Shown here: piece after piece, positions 39,801 through 46,679 of the stretch
Layout: every line of letters starts with the position of its first letter
Position numbering within the stretch: position 1 is the first letter of the stretch
DNA from: a virus
Taxonomy: Duplodnaviria; Caudoviricetes
Length of the DNA stretch: 64,000 nt
Strand: one strand, 5' to 3'
IMG/VR virus record: IMGVR_UViG_3300037851_000284
Span: 128,001 to 192,000 of that record
Translations under genes and position numbers: made by a program
The notes under the pieces: model-generated
Seen by the model: only the letters and a program-made list of their open reading frames with translations
Database searches by the model: none
Told to the model about the DNA's origin: nothing

Positions 39801-42261
39801 GCTTTGCGTGTAATAATAGAGCATCTTTTTCAGATCGGGTAATTAAATTTTTTCTATACCATTCTTCAGCTAGATTTAATAAAGGATGCGGTTTGTTTTT
39901 ATCTGATTTTTTTAGAAAATCTTTATTAAAAACGTCCTCTATAACATTAGTTCTAGCTACATCATATGATGTCATTTCGGAGAAATGACCAAGCCGTTGT
40001 ATTACATTATGATGTTTTGCTTTTTCAGGATATGCTTTAATATCTTCTATTGATCTTATAACGTCTTTATTAGCAATTTCTCCTTTAGCGTGTAGAGCAG
40101 AAATTTTATCAATGAATGTTTGATCGTCCCATATATAAGATAACGGATTATCATCTATATCAACTGCTTTAGCGGCTATCGACATAGCATCTCTAGACCT
40201 ACCTACACGCGAAAGTATTTGGGAAGTGCGACCATAAATAGTATCAATAATAGATAACGCTTTACCCATCATGCGAGTATCGTGTTTTCCAAGCGGGTCA
40301 TCGAATATACTATTAAACTCTAATCTATAATCTTTAGAAGTAGAAAATCTAGATTCTATTTTTCTAAATAATTTTTCAGCTGCTGCAGGCAAACCAAGTT
40401 TGGCTCTATCTAAAAAGTGTAGCCATTTATTATTTATTATTTTACCATGGTCTAGTTCTTCAATTAATTTATTATATTCTGCAGTACCAAGTTCGTCTTT
40501 TAAATGTTTTAAGCGATTAATAGTAATACTTTTTAATTCATGAGATTTATCATATCCCGTTTTGTGTGAGAAATATAAGCTTCTATGAGTATCTACTTGG
40601 TGAACTGTAGCTCCGTCAAATATAGACCATTTTCCGCCTTTGGTATAAATATATAATCTATTTCCATCTTGGTCTCCTACATCAGCAACGGAACTATAGT
40701 TTTTATCATTAAATCTAAATTCGGGTCTATTTCTGGTACCAAAGTAATCAGGAGAATCAGCAACCCAACGATGAGTATTAGTAAGGTCTGCTAAACTAAA
40801 AGTTGATTTAATAAAAGGAGCGCGAACTTGATATGTTAAGATAGGAGATAGTGCTTTTTTAACTAAGTGGATGGGGTCTAAGAAATTTAAATCAACTCTA
40901 CCACCTATTATTCTAGGATTTTTCCAATCTTTATATATATTATGTCCTACTGTCATATTAAGGATATTATCCATTAATTGATCAGCATCACTTTTTACAT
41001 ATTTTTGCTTAAGATTTCCTAAAACATCATTAATAACATCCTTTTTTAATACGTCTTTTAATAAAACAGGCTGAAGTACTTTACCGAATATTTTCTGTAA
41101 AATAGAGGTTCTGTCTTTATGTTTATGTATTTCTGAATAAAAAGTATCCTTTAATTGAGCACCATCTAATGGTATCTTCTTAAGTCCTTTATATTCAGCC
41201 TCTTTTCTTGTCCATTCCTGAAATTCATAAAAAGTGTTTAATCCAGCATATTTAACAGTAGAAGTAGGACTGGTCTTTGGTTTATTAAGGGCGGCTTTAG
41301 CTTCATCTACAGCCGTTTTAAGGAAGCCAAATACCTTTTGGGTACGCTGTCCAAATGATATATTAGGTGCCTTCCTTGCCTCTCTAACGGCTTCTGGTAG
41401 GGTATATAGAGAATCTTGTAAACTTCTAAAGGCTTCACTTACGTTTTTACCAAAATGTAGGCCTTTTTTAATAGAAGAATCGACAAACTCACTTTCGTGT
41501 TTAGTTAATAAACCTTGAAATCTATTATCTAATCTATTATCAGAGAATCTAGATGCCCAATTTAATACCTTTTTACCGAATTCTCCTTGGAAAGTCTTTT
41601 GAACTGTTCTGAATCCTGCAGAACCAATAGCTCCAACTATAGGACCAGCCGCACCAAAAGTCATACCGGCTATAGTACTATATCCCAACCACTTACCAAA
41701 ATTAGATATCTTTCCAGGAACGTCATACCATTCCTTCTTCTCAAGTCCCATATCTCTAGTAAAACCAAGCATTTGGTCTACACCATAAGCTACAGCCATA
41801 CCAGAAAGAACATTACGTTTCCATACTCCAGCAACAGATGCTATAAAAGTAGCAGGGTTTTTAAAAGCAGTTTGTAATCTTTTTATACCATATCCAGACT
41901 CACCTTTCATTCCCTCTAGAAGTTTTCTTCTTTCTTGACCGGCCTTGTAAACTGATGATTCAGTAATTGTTCTTTTTATGGGAGAGGTATAAGCCTTTAT
42001 ATTTCTATAAGTTGTTATGGTTTTATCTGCTAAATTCTTTCTTATGCCTGTAGTGGAACCAGCAGACCAAGATTTTAAAGTAGATTTAGAGAAGCCTATT
42101 AAACGGCGAGTTACTATAGACCCAGCTATATTTAGAGCAAAAGCTGTCCCCATTAACTTTAGAGTGGAACCAATTTCCATTCTAGGAGCAACATTACTCT
42201 CGGGTTGATAATAATTTTCATTATCATTATCAAGAGGATTATAGTAAGTATTTTGAGCCAT
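33802..42261 (-). CDS. Giant tape-measure-like/ejection protein with two inteins and a PD-(D/E)XK nuclease domain (2819 aa precursor, about 2026 aa spliced)
   Basis: Follows the tail chaperone genes; has Gly/Ala-rich amphipathic segments (GMTFGAAGPIVGAIG; GMGGLILGGPLGAIVGVGAG); intein and nuclease motifs listed separately. Confidence 0.7.
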   Translation of the reverse strand: MAQNTYYNPLDNDNENYYQPESNVAPRMEIGSTLKLMGTAFALNIAGSIVTRRLIGFSKSTLKSWSAGSTTGIRKNLADKTITTYRNIKAYTSPIKRTITESSVYKAGQERRKLLEGMKGESGYGIKRLQTAFKNPATFIASVAGVWKRNVLSGMAVAYGVDQMLGFTRDMGLEKKEWYDVPGKISNFGKWLGYSTIAGMTFGAAGPIVGAIGSAGFRTVQKTFQGEFGKKVLNWASRFSDNRLDNRFQGLLTKHESEFVDSSIKKGLHFGKNVSEAFRSLQDSLYTLPEAVREARKAPNISFGQRTQKVFGFLKTAVDEAKAALNKPKTSPTSTVKYAGLNTFYEFQEWTRKEAEYKGLKKIPLDGAQLKDTFYSEIHKHKDRTSILQKIFGKVLQPVLLKDVLKKDVINDVLGNLKQKYVKSDADQLMDNILNMTVGHNIYKDWKNPRIIGGRVDLNFLDPIHLVKKALSPILTYQVRAPFIKSTFSLADLTNTHRWVADSPDYFGTRNRPEFRFNDKNYSSVADVGDQDGNRLYIYTKGGKWSIFDGATVHQVDTHRSLYFSHKTGYDKSHELKSITINRLKHLKDELGTAEYNKLIEELDHGKIINNKWLHFLDRAKLGLPAAAEKLFRKIESRFSTSKDYRLEFNSIFDDPLGKHDTRMMGKALSIIDTIYGRTSQILSRVGRSRDAMSIAAKAVDIDDNPLSYIWDDQTFIDKISALHAKGEIANKDVIRSIEDIKAYPEKAKHHNVIQRLGHFSEMTSYDVARTNVIEDVFNKDFLKKSDKNKPHPLLNLAEEWYRKNLITRSEKDALLLHAKLSPIIREDKLIKGLDFSSDGTKLILDNVRDRAKQNKWDITNELINFISNNDIIKSSIELSQEKTFSRIKFATDPHPFVSLPDKGLEILGDFALKATERTTDMMAEWLPFKKYYMENHGWTGNLKYIGRVVGTTAAVFGAYRILDTITASNPLFDETSLEEGITGLAADNIAKARLFGARVADITGVTGTMKYLHGLAPFSESSIPGMMFGSVLGLMSKSPPLRVARYAIGGALVNRLASPYLPNLTKSYEELKEEYSGRKEVPIMKSPTWLLGGTPWEGSNVVGYSPNWYVRAKSRWKETDTLYGSAFRRLIHEPLPLLGFNVGDILDPYYMERCVVEDTLILKENSEVIQIKDLNVGDTILTHNGTKQKVLEKWIKHIDENIISIKTALSNIDNKTTREHRYLAIKSSICFHRKNRKTPCFNKTWIKCKRCKYKKNYIPEWVRADELEKNDFLVYPRIKIKEKSNSGYVSIHNQTKHNNKNIPKQIIRNRLLWRLFGYYLAEGYCGDRTVVFDFHSKETEYHNDVISIIKSLFKIECTTHQDGNKFRIICSNSILARFFKSSFGSSCYDKHIPDEIYYSSSILLKELIIGYFRGNGSDQSNDCSISCISVSQNLIFQIRSILFSLGFIPTYSYIKSKKENEADQHLLFVYGNNINDLRSYIGFKINKQIKSPKWYFIDDNYIYVKIKEINFTKFSGNVIDVKIEKSHSFLGILASYHNSHYFTRPYPITGGIFDEFPGVGKILSSTVGRILKPPKTMHQEFLEGGSSVRGGTPGDPYPFAIRPPTIPEGMALMNPNGGPGNTTAGMANNFGKISLMNNRNWSESAAEDFLYDIQNFAGLKGFLAGTITNRIFGENTVVPTLQTAGRIASFSRSYTDLNLGGMGILTEPLRRLIEKPNYRQYGLNPIPNRMPNWLPAHFLKGDPYEKILRGELRLPGDAYLSTHTNVKRTLPARACFTPDTLIDTSKGLVPIITAKDSLTNDGTYQKILALHEKDFDGEILDIELVGINKKYNINVTDNHDIFSIKTNKCKYYPNEPKSKRCCFECKNKNALKYCKESDYSITENKAKDLESGDYLVTPIIKITNNIKSIDLFELLKIYNKYTFKKNGVYSNGIKRYDRYLNITSELMKLIGFYLAEGSLSSSQTTFSFHSNEIEYHTFIKNITEKLFHSSTTILITNNSARVTSNSTILRDILESLCGKAKNKHLPKEIYNIGNKNINALLSGYFAGDGWYIKKSNKKSGSEIGVATCIENLSFSIFKLLCSLGFRPGLCYRKGKDVQFIKEDRIISSTQRYDIRLYDNQANVLSNIFGFDKNNEQLNVLIYKGFIPYKIKSISKKKYIGKVYDLTIENNHNYCVPFALVHNSMIGGTTQNIVQYFTGLIPPTQLESYNILEKGTAFHESVQRTLASEGMLIQAEAFVQDVKNDITGHVDAIIRDGYGGRGRRALEIKTINDEAFAVLDAPKSEHYSQLNFYLRMLNMKRGTLLYVNRENPSQVKTFDIPYSKSRWEEDVKKLYEARKIAATMMEEGVADTLGFSYSWVDRLKILADVAPNSLEYKEAKKIVDTQIKYGVLNKDDLEKYHSALKIKQARIRSYELYPNRFKGKVLHPENTANIQSINEDIKAAAEYSLPERMIGALWERFTNTNTFIVNKLFAAKDPLEHYKMTRLYGKEYKPWDEPIRGWLEPYSRGLAAKTDPFAGALSYGMGGLILGGPLGAIVGVGAGAIYGTGHGLYRFMTNSTYIPASIKEKREIMSYFDAAKFERNDMLAQLSTGLTQQEYLQQKEATLTAFNQGGKGATVANLFRATTPFEKPYIESFLNTRDPKKREEILKYIPDDLANALKHQWSKNDSKDATKNYIQRSSEEIAAGRPKYAFDRSVLDPSVPLDDIKLKTVQEQGFDQFEFGLGWNEQMLRLQESNMDIKAANIEKLNNYSPPSPNINQAGIRGAINNLFSKDGIKSSVQVYINNNSDEHNQIDILIRRDRSRTIFNALNRREKYGL
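35713..36936 (-). mobile_element. Intein 2 with LAGLIDADG endonuclease (408 aa, residues 1776-2183)
   Basis: Starts CFTPDTLIDTSKG; LAGLIDADG motifs LIGFYLAEGS and LLSGYFAGDG; ends NHNYCVPFALVHN followed by Ser. The exteins rejoin as LPARA-SMIGG. Confidence 0.93.
37645..38799 (-). mobile_element. Intein 1 with LAGLIDADG endonuclease (385 aa, residues 1155-1539)
   Basis: Starts CVVEDTLIL...IKDLNVGDTILTHNG; motifs LFGYYLAEGY and LIIGYFRGNG; ends SHSFLGILASYHN followed by Ser. The exteins rejoin as DPYYMER-SHYFTRPYP. Confidence 0.93.
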
Positions 42262-42809
42262 TATTTAGGGATACCTAGGTGAGCGCTTATTTTATTCATT
42301 TTTTCCTGTAGACTTTTACCTTCATCAGGAAGTTTGTTTGTATTTATAAGTCCGTGTTTTTTACCAATATCAAAAATCTGTTTACCAGTTATATATTCAC
42401 ATAAACAAACTAATTCTAGAAGGTCTTTAATATTTAACTTTAATAATTCAGTAAAAGATTGTCCAGGAAGATAAGTTAATATATTTTTAATAGCAATCAT
42501 CGCATCATCTTTCTTTAAACTCTCCCTAAATTCGTTTATAGTAATTTCGAAAAGTTGAGATGATTCTAATAATCCATTTATTCGTTTAAGTACATCTTCG
42601 CCTATTTTCATTCTTACAACGAAGGGAACCTTATCTGGATCTAATTGATATATAACTTGTCTACCAGCTATATCATATTTAACCCCCTCATTTTTAATAT
42701 TAGATAAAAAACTATATTCTAAAGTATTAAGGTCTCTATAATAAACTTCTGTTTTCTTTTTATCTATCACACACGAAATTTTATAAAGCTTTGTATTTCT
42801 TGTAAACAT
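42261..42809 (-). CDS. Putative tail assembly chaperone (182 aa)
   Basis: Located just before the tape-measure-like gene; YYRDLNTLEY pattern resembles that of the upstream chaperone; GGAGG RBS. Confidence 0.5.
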   Translation of the reverse strand: MFTRNTKLYKISCVIDKKKTEVYYRDLNTLEYSFLSNIKNEGVKYDIAGRQVIYQLDPDKVPFVVRMKIGEDVLKRINGLLESSQLFEITINEFRESLKKDDAMIAIKNILTYLPGQSFTELLKLNIKDLLELVCLCEYITGKQIFDIGKKHGLINTNKLPDEGKSLQEKMNKISAHLGIPK

Positions 42810-42823
42810 AAACCTCCAAAATT

Positions 42824-42860
42824 AAAAAAGACCAAGAGGCTCTAAGCCCTTGGCCTCTTT
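42824..42860 (-). terminator. Rho-independent terminator
   Basis: Minus strand GGCCAAGGGC-TTAGA-GCCTCTTGGTC followed by TTTTTT. Confidence 0.7.
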
Positions 42861-42880
42861 AAACATTATTTTATAAAGAC

Positions 42881-43180
42881 TTATACTTCTTCTATATCAC
42901 CTATTTCAAATCCAGAAGCTAACATTATCTTTTCAGCTAGAACCGTGGATATTCCGGCTTTATTCTTAAGCTCTGCAGGATCTAAAGGAGATAGTACACA
43001 TTTCCTTACTACTTCTATATCGTGGTCAAAAGCCCTAGGATCACTAGCTTGGATAGCCAGTATATCCATATAATCTTCTCTGGTAAGAGTTCTAAAATAA
43101 AAATCTTTACCCAAAAGATTCATACGATATACGTAAGTATACTTGTCTTTCCACTCTTTTACTTGTTCTTGAATTTCCAT
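42881..43180 (-). CDS. Tail assembly chaperone (99 aa)
   Basis: Small acidic protein (FYFRTLTREDY...KAGISTVLAEKIMLASGF) in the canonical position after the tube genes; GGGAG RBS. Confidence 0.6.
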   Translation of the reverse strand: MEIQEQVKEWKDKYTYVYRMNLLGKDFYFRTLTREDYMDILAIQASDPRAFDHDIEVVRKCVLSPLDPAELKNKAGISTVLAEKIMLASGFEIGDIEEV

Positions 43181-43223
43181 AAAAACTCCCTTTTTGTTAA
43201 AATTTAGCCGTTATTGGCTATTC

Positions 43224-43232
43224 TTAGTATAG
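43224..43232 (-). promoter_or_regulatory. Candidate late promoter motif CTATACTAA
   Basis: Intergenic, upstream of the chaperone gene, followed by a TAGCC/GGCTA hairpin; an identical 9-mer is at 54522-54530. Confidence 0.4.
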
Positions 43233-45542
43233 TTATTCGGACCAAATATTCTTAGGATATTGAGTCTCTTTAGCAGCTTGATAATCCTGATTTAGTTTAT
43301 AAATATTTGGAGTACTTTCAGGTGTAGTATAGTTTTTATTAGTTTGCATTTTTAACGTTTCTACCATCTCGTCCCTAGGTAAATTTTTTATTTTAGGAGG
43401 GACATAAGGAGGATTAGGTTTTACTTCGTTTCCATAGTTATACCCATATGGAGTAGGTGTTGTGTTTCTATATCCTATTCCTAGATTTCTTCTTATAGTT
43501 TTTTCAAACATTACAGGAGAATAAAACTTTTTCTCCGATTGTAAGTGATAGTGGTCGTTTATATAATCTACGCGTGTACCAATTTCAATCTTTTGTCCCA
43601 CTTTTAAATTTTTCGTATATGAACTAGGAATATGAGCGTATCTTACTACACCTTGATTAGTTCTAATGCTAAATGATTCTTTCCCTATTGAATAAACTTC
43701 TCCCCCAAAAGCAGCAGGAGCATAACCTGCTGTTTTTGTTATATTATTCTTTTTTATTATATTACTTATATCTGCGAAAACATAATTACTTTTTCCAGCA
43801 CTCAATGGATGTTCATCAGCCCTAGTAAAGTGAGTAATAGTTGTTCCAGTAATAGCAACTCCAGTTTCTGAACCATCGCTGGTCATATCTGATGCTTTTG
43901 GAACAATATTCTTTTTCTCTGTATTGGCTATTTGTTCTACTTGTTTTAAAGCTTCAGCTTCATTTCTAGCCTCTGCTGAGTTTTCTTCAAATATAGAAAG
44001 AGAATAATTTGGTGCGGGTTCTTGTTTAGTTTCTACTTCTTTAATCTTATTTTTTTCTCTTTCTTTAGGAGTTAAAGATTCCTGCTTAGGAGCGCTAGGT
44101 GGTTTTCCCCAGAATAAATCTTCTCTAGATAATAGGTTGGTTGCTTTAAATCCTGTTCTGGTAGGAGATATTACTTTAAATGTGTATGTATCTGGGATTC
44201 TTTGTTCTAATATCATGGTAATTTTTTCATCAGGAATAGTAGTATTACCATTTAAATTACCAAAAGTAGTAGCGACTATGAGTTGAGAATACCTTGATAG
44301 GTTTACAGGATCTGTATCAGTTACTTTAGCATTTATTACATTCTCAACAAAAGAACTTAATTGGTCTATAAATGGAGTGACTTTATTATAAGAAAAAGAT
44401 AATTTACTAATAACTTTATTCAAAGGTTTCCAGCCATTGTTACGTAAGAAAGATGCCTCAGTAGCAACAGTAACATAAGTTCCTTGTTTATCATCTAGGA
44501 AGTTCTCAAGTTTTTCTATATCTTCATATTTTGATAATTTACTATCTGTTCTGACAGAAAGTTTAACTGGATTTAATCTTATTACACTATTTGAGCTTGT
44601 AATACTATCATTTATATCCCTAGCTATAAAAGTGTACATTTCTCCAATGGGGTCTCCAGTTGGGGCAACTATTAAACTATTACTGGTAAAATGAACATCG
44701 TTTAATATTATTACTGTATGTTCCGCCCTATAATCATTAATATCTCCAAAGGTTAACATTATATTTAATACATTAGCATAACTTCTACCTTTAGCTGTTA
44801 TTATACCACCGTTAGTTTCATGATAATCAAACTCGTCGGCTCTTTTAATCTTATTCAAAAGAGTAAGCTGCTTACCATTCTGGTCTCCCCATATACTATC
44901 TTCTAATATTTCGGCAAAATCCTCAAAATCTCTATTCTCACGATCAAAACCCATATCTTGACTCAAACTGGTAGAAATCTTTTTACTAGATAATATTTGT
45001 TCTATAGTTTGACCTTGTCGTATAAAGTTTGGTGTTCCATCAAGATTATAAACCGCTTCAACTTTAGTACCATCTTCGTTTATAGTAGTTAATCCAGGAA
45101 CGAACTCTTGTTTATCTTGCAGCTCATCAGAATAAGATTTTAACTTTCTCTGAACTGCTTCAGCTTTATTTTTCCTTTGAGAATCTATAAGAGCTTGAAT
45201 TATATTTAAATAACCAGTTTCTTTAAAGGCAATAGCTAGATTACCTTCTACTATTACCTGTCCCTTAGCTATAGCATCAAAGTTCTGAGAAGCATACCCA
45301 TAAATAGGAACTTTAGATTGAGTAACATTATATTGGATAGTAATTATATCATCCACCCAGACATCACCAAAAAATATCTTACAGTCAGTTCCTGCAAAAT
45401 AATCATACGGATAAGTTTGATAGTTATCTCTAAATGCCGTTGCTGAAGTAAATGGGTCTTTAGATGAACCGGAAAAACTCTTAGCCTGTTTTTCCTGCAT
45501 TGCGGTCTTAGTCTGCCTTAATTGATTTTGTAAGTCTACCAT
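43233..45542 (-). CDS. Tube-like (tube initiator) domain fused to a C-terminal M23-peptidase-like domain (769 aa)
   Basis: The N-terminus aligns with the tube paralogs (FAGTDCKIFF...IQYNVTQSKVPIYGY; MYTFIARD). The C-terminus has AFGGEV, RYAHI...LKVGQKIEIG...DHYHLQ. Confidence 0.55.
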   Translation of the reverse strand: MVDLQNQLRQTKTAMQEKQAKSFSGSSKDPFTSATAFRDNYQTYPYDYFAGTDCKIFFGDVWVDDIITIQYNVTQSKVPIYGYASQNFDAIAKGQVIVEGNLAIAFKETGYLNIIQALIDSQRKNKAEAVQRKLKSYSDELQDKQEFVPGLTTINEDGTKVEAVYNLDGTPNFIRQGQTIEQILSSKKISTSLSQDMGFDRENRDFEDFAEILEDSIWGDQNGKQLTLLNKIKRADEFDYHETNGGIITAKGRSYANVLNIMLTFGDINDYRAEHTVIILNDVHFTSNSLIVAPTGDPIGEMYTFIARDINDSITSSNSVIRLNPVKLSVRTDSKLSKYEDIEKLENFLDDKQGTYVTVATEASFLRNNGWKPLNKVISKLSFSYNKVTPFIDQLSSFVENVINAKVTDTDPVNLSRYSQLIVATTFGNLNGNTTIPDEKITMILEQRIPDTYTFKVISPTRTGFKATNLLSREDLFWGKPPSAPKQESLTPKEREKNKIKEVETKQEPAPNYSLSIFEENSAEARNEAEALKQVEQIANTEKKNIVPKASDMTSDGSETGVAITGTTITHFTRADEHPLSAGKSNYVFADISNIIKKNNITKTAGYAPAAFGGEVYSIGKESFSIRTNQGVVRYAHIPSSYTKNLKVGQKIEIGTRVDYINDHYHLQSEKKFYSPVMFEKTIRRNLGIGYRNTTPTPYGYNYGNEVKPNPPYVPPKIKNLPRDEMVETLKMQTNKNYTTPESTPNIYKLNQDYQAAKETQYPKNIWSE

Positions 45543-46633
45543 TCTCTAGTAGTTGTTCCTATTGGTGTGTTTACAGCATGACTTATATAATCATTTACAC
45601 TGGTAGCAACCCCATTATCAAGACTTCCCTGAGCATTCCAACCAGTCAAAGTTCTTTGTTTAATCTCTATTTGGTTATTAATGGATTCTAATTCTTTATA
45701 TAATCCTGTTAGTATTTTTAATTGTTTATCTTTCTCTCTCTTTAAATCTTCTCTTGAAACATAATCTTTACCATTAGCTAATCTATTTAGCCATTCCGAT
45801 GCATAAAAAGTAAACGCTCCAGCCACTGCTCTTTTATTAGTTTCTTTATCTATCTCAGCTATAATAGTTTCACAATCAGTAATATCTTGTTGAACTTTCT
45901 TTTGATAATCCATAAGAGCAGAAAATTGATTATCAATAAATAATCCTTTAACTTGTCTTTCAAACATCATATCTTTAAATTCCGCAATATCTTTATAAGC
46001 TATCATCTGGTCCATATCTTTAGCCACATATTGCATAGTACATTCACTATATAAATCGTTAATACTATGGACTTGACCCTCATCTAGAAATTCTACACCA
46101 TATAGTCTGGTAATTGAACGATGACCATATTCATTTTGAAATAATAGTATTAAATCAATAGGAGGTAGTTGGTCGGGTAAAGGAGAAGTGGTCCTATCCG
46201 AAGGATTCTTAATATAATTTAATTCTTTTATAACATCATAAAGTGGGGCTCTATCAAACACGATAAATATCATACTTCCCGCAATTGTTCTTGGACCAGC
46301 AGTATATCCTTTTGCGTGGGAACGACCTAAAACCCTTACAGCTGATTTTTCCCTATGAATAGAGTGAGATATAGTTTCTAGATTACCTAGAACTATAAGT
46401 TTATTATTAAGCTGAGCTATTACTGTACAGTCGCTGCCACTATAAGAAGTATTAGATTTACTAAAATCTATTAAAGGGTCAGCATCAAAAGGATTAGCCT
46501 CGGTAGGACCAAGGGACCCTCCAAGATAAGGTTGGGTAGAACCTAACAAATTAGTTTTAACTTGTTGGACCACGTCTTTAACAAATGGGTCTTTTTTTAA
46601 TTTATTAACTTGTTTATCTAACCACGTTGACAT
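45536..46633 (-). CDS. Tail tube paralog (tube initiator-like, 365 aa)
   Basis: GNLETISHSIHREKSAVRVLG...AGSMIF..FDR...DQLPP...NEYG...GVE...EG...SINDLYSE..MQYVA aligns end to end with the spliced tube protein. Confidence 0.75.
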   Translation of the reverse strand: MSTWLDKQVNKLKKDPFVKDVVQQVKTNLLGSTQPYLGGSLGPTEANPFDADPLIDFSKSNTSYSGSDCTVIAQLNNKLIVLGNLETISHSIHREKSAVRVLGRSHAKGYTAGPRTIAGSMIFIVFDRAPLYDVIKELNYIKNPSDRTTSPLPDQLPPIDLILLFQNEYGHRSITRLYGVEFLDEGQVHSINDLYSECTMQYVAKDMDQMIAYKDIAEFKDMMFERQVKGLFIDNQFSALMDYQKKVQQDITDCETIIAEIDKETNKRAVAGAFTFYASEWLNRLANGKDYVSREDLKREKDKQLKILTGLYKELESINNQIEIKQRTLTGWNAQGSLDNGVATSVNDYISHAVNTPIGTTTREW

Positions 46634-46646
46634 AATTTTTAGGTAT

Positions 46647-46672
46647 AAAGCCCTTGTTTTATTAAGGGCTTT
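46647..46672 (-). terminator. Hairpin terminator after the tail tube gene
   Basis: Inverted repeat AAAGCCCTT/AAGGGCTTT directly after the exon 3 stop. Confidence 0.6.
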
Positions 46673-46679
46673 ATTTTAA

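Noticed and set aside
42261-43180. Programmed frameshift between the two tail chaperone genes (gpG/gpGT type)
   Set aside because: The genes are separated by a terminator-like hairpin and each has its own RBS; I saw no convincing slippery site.
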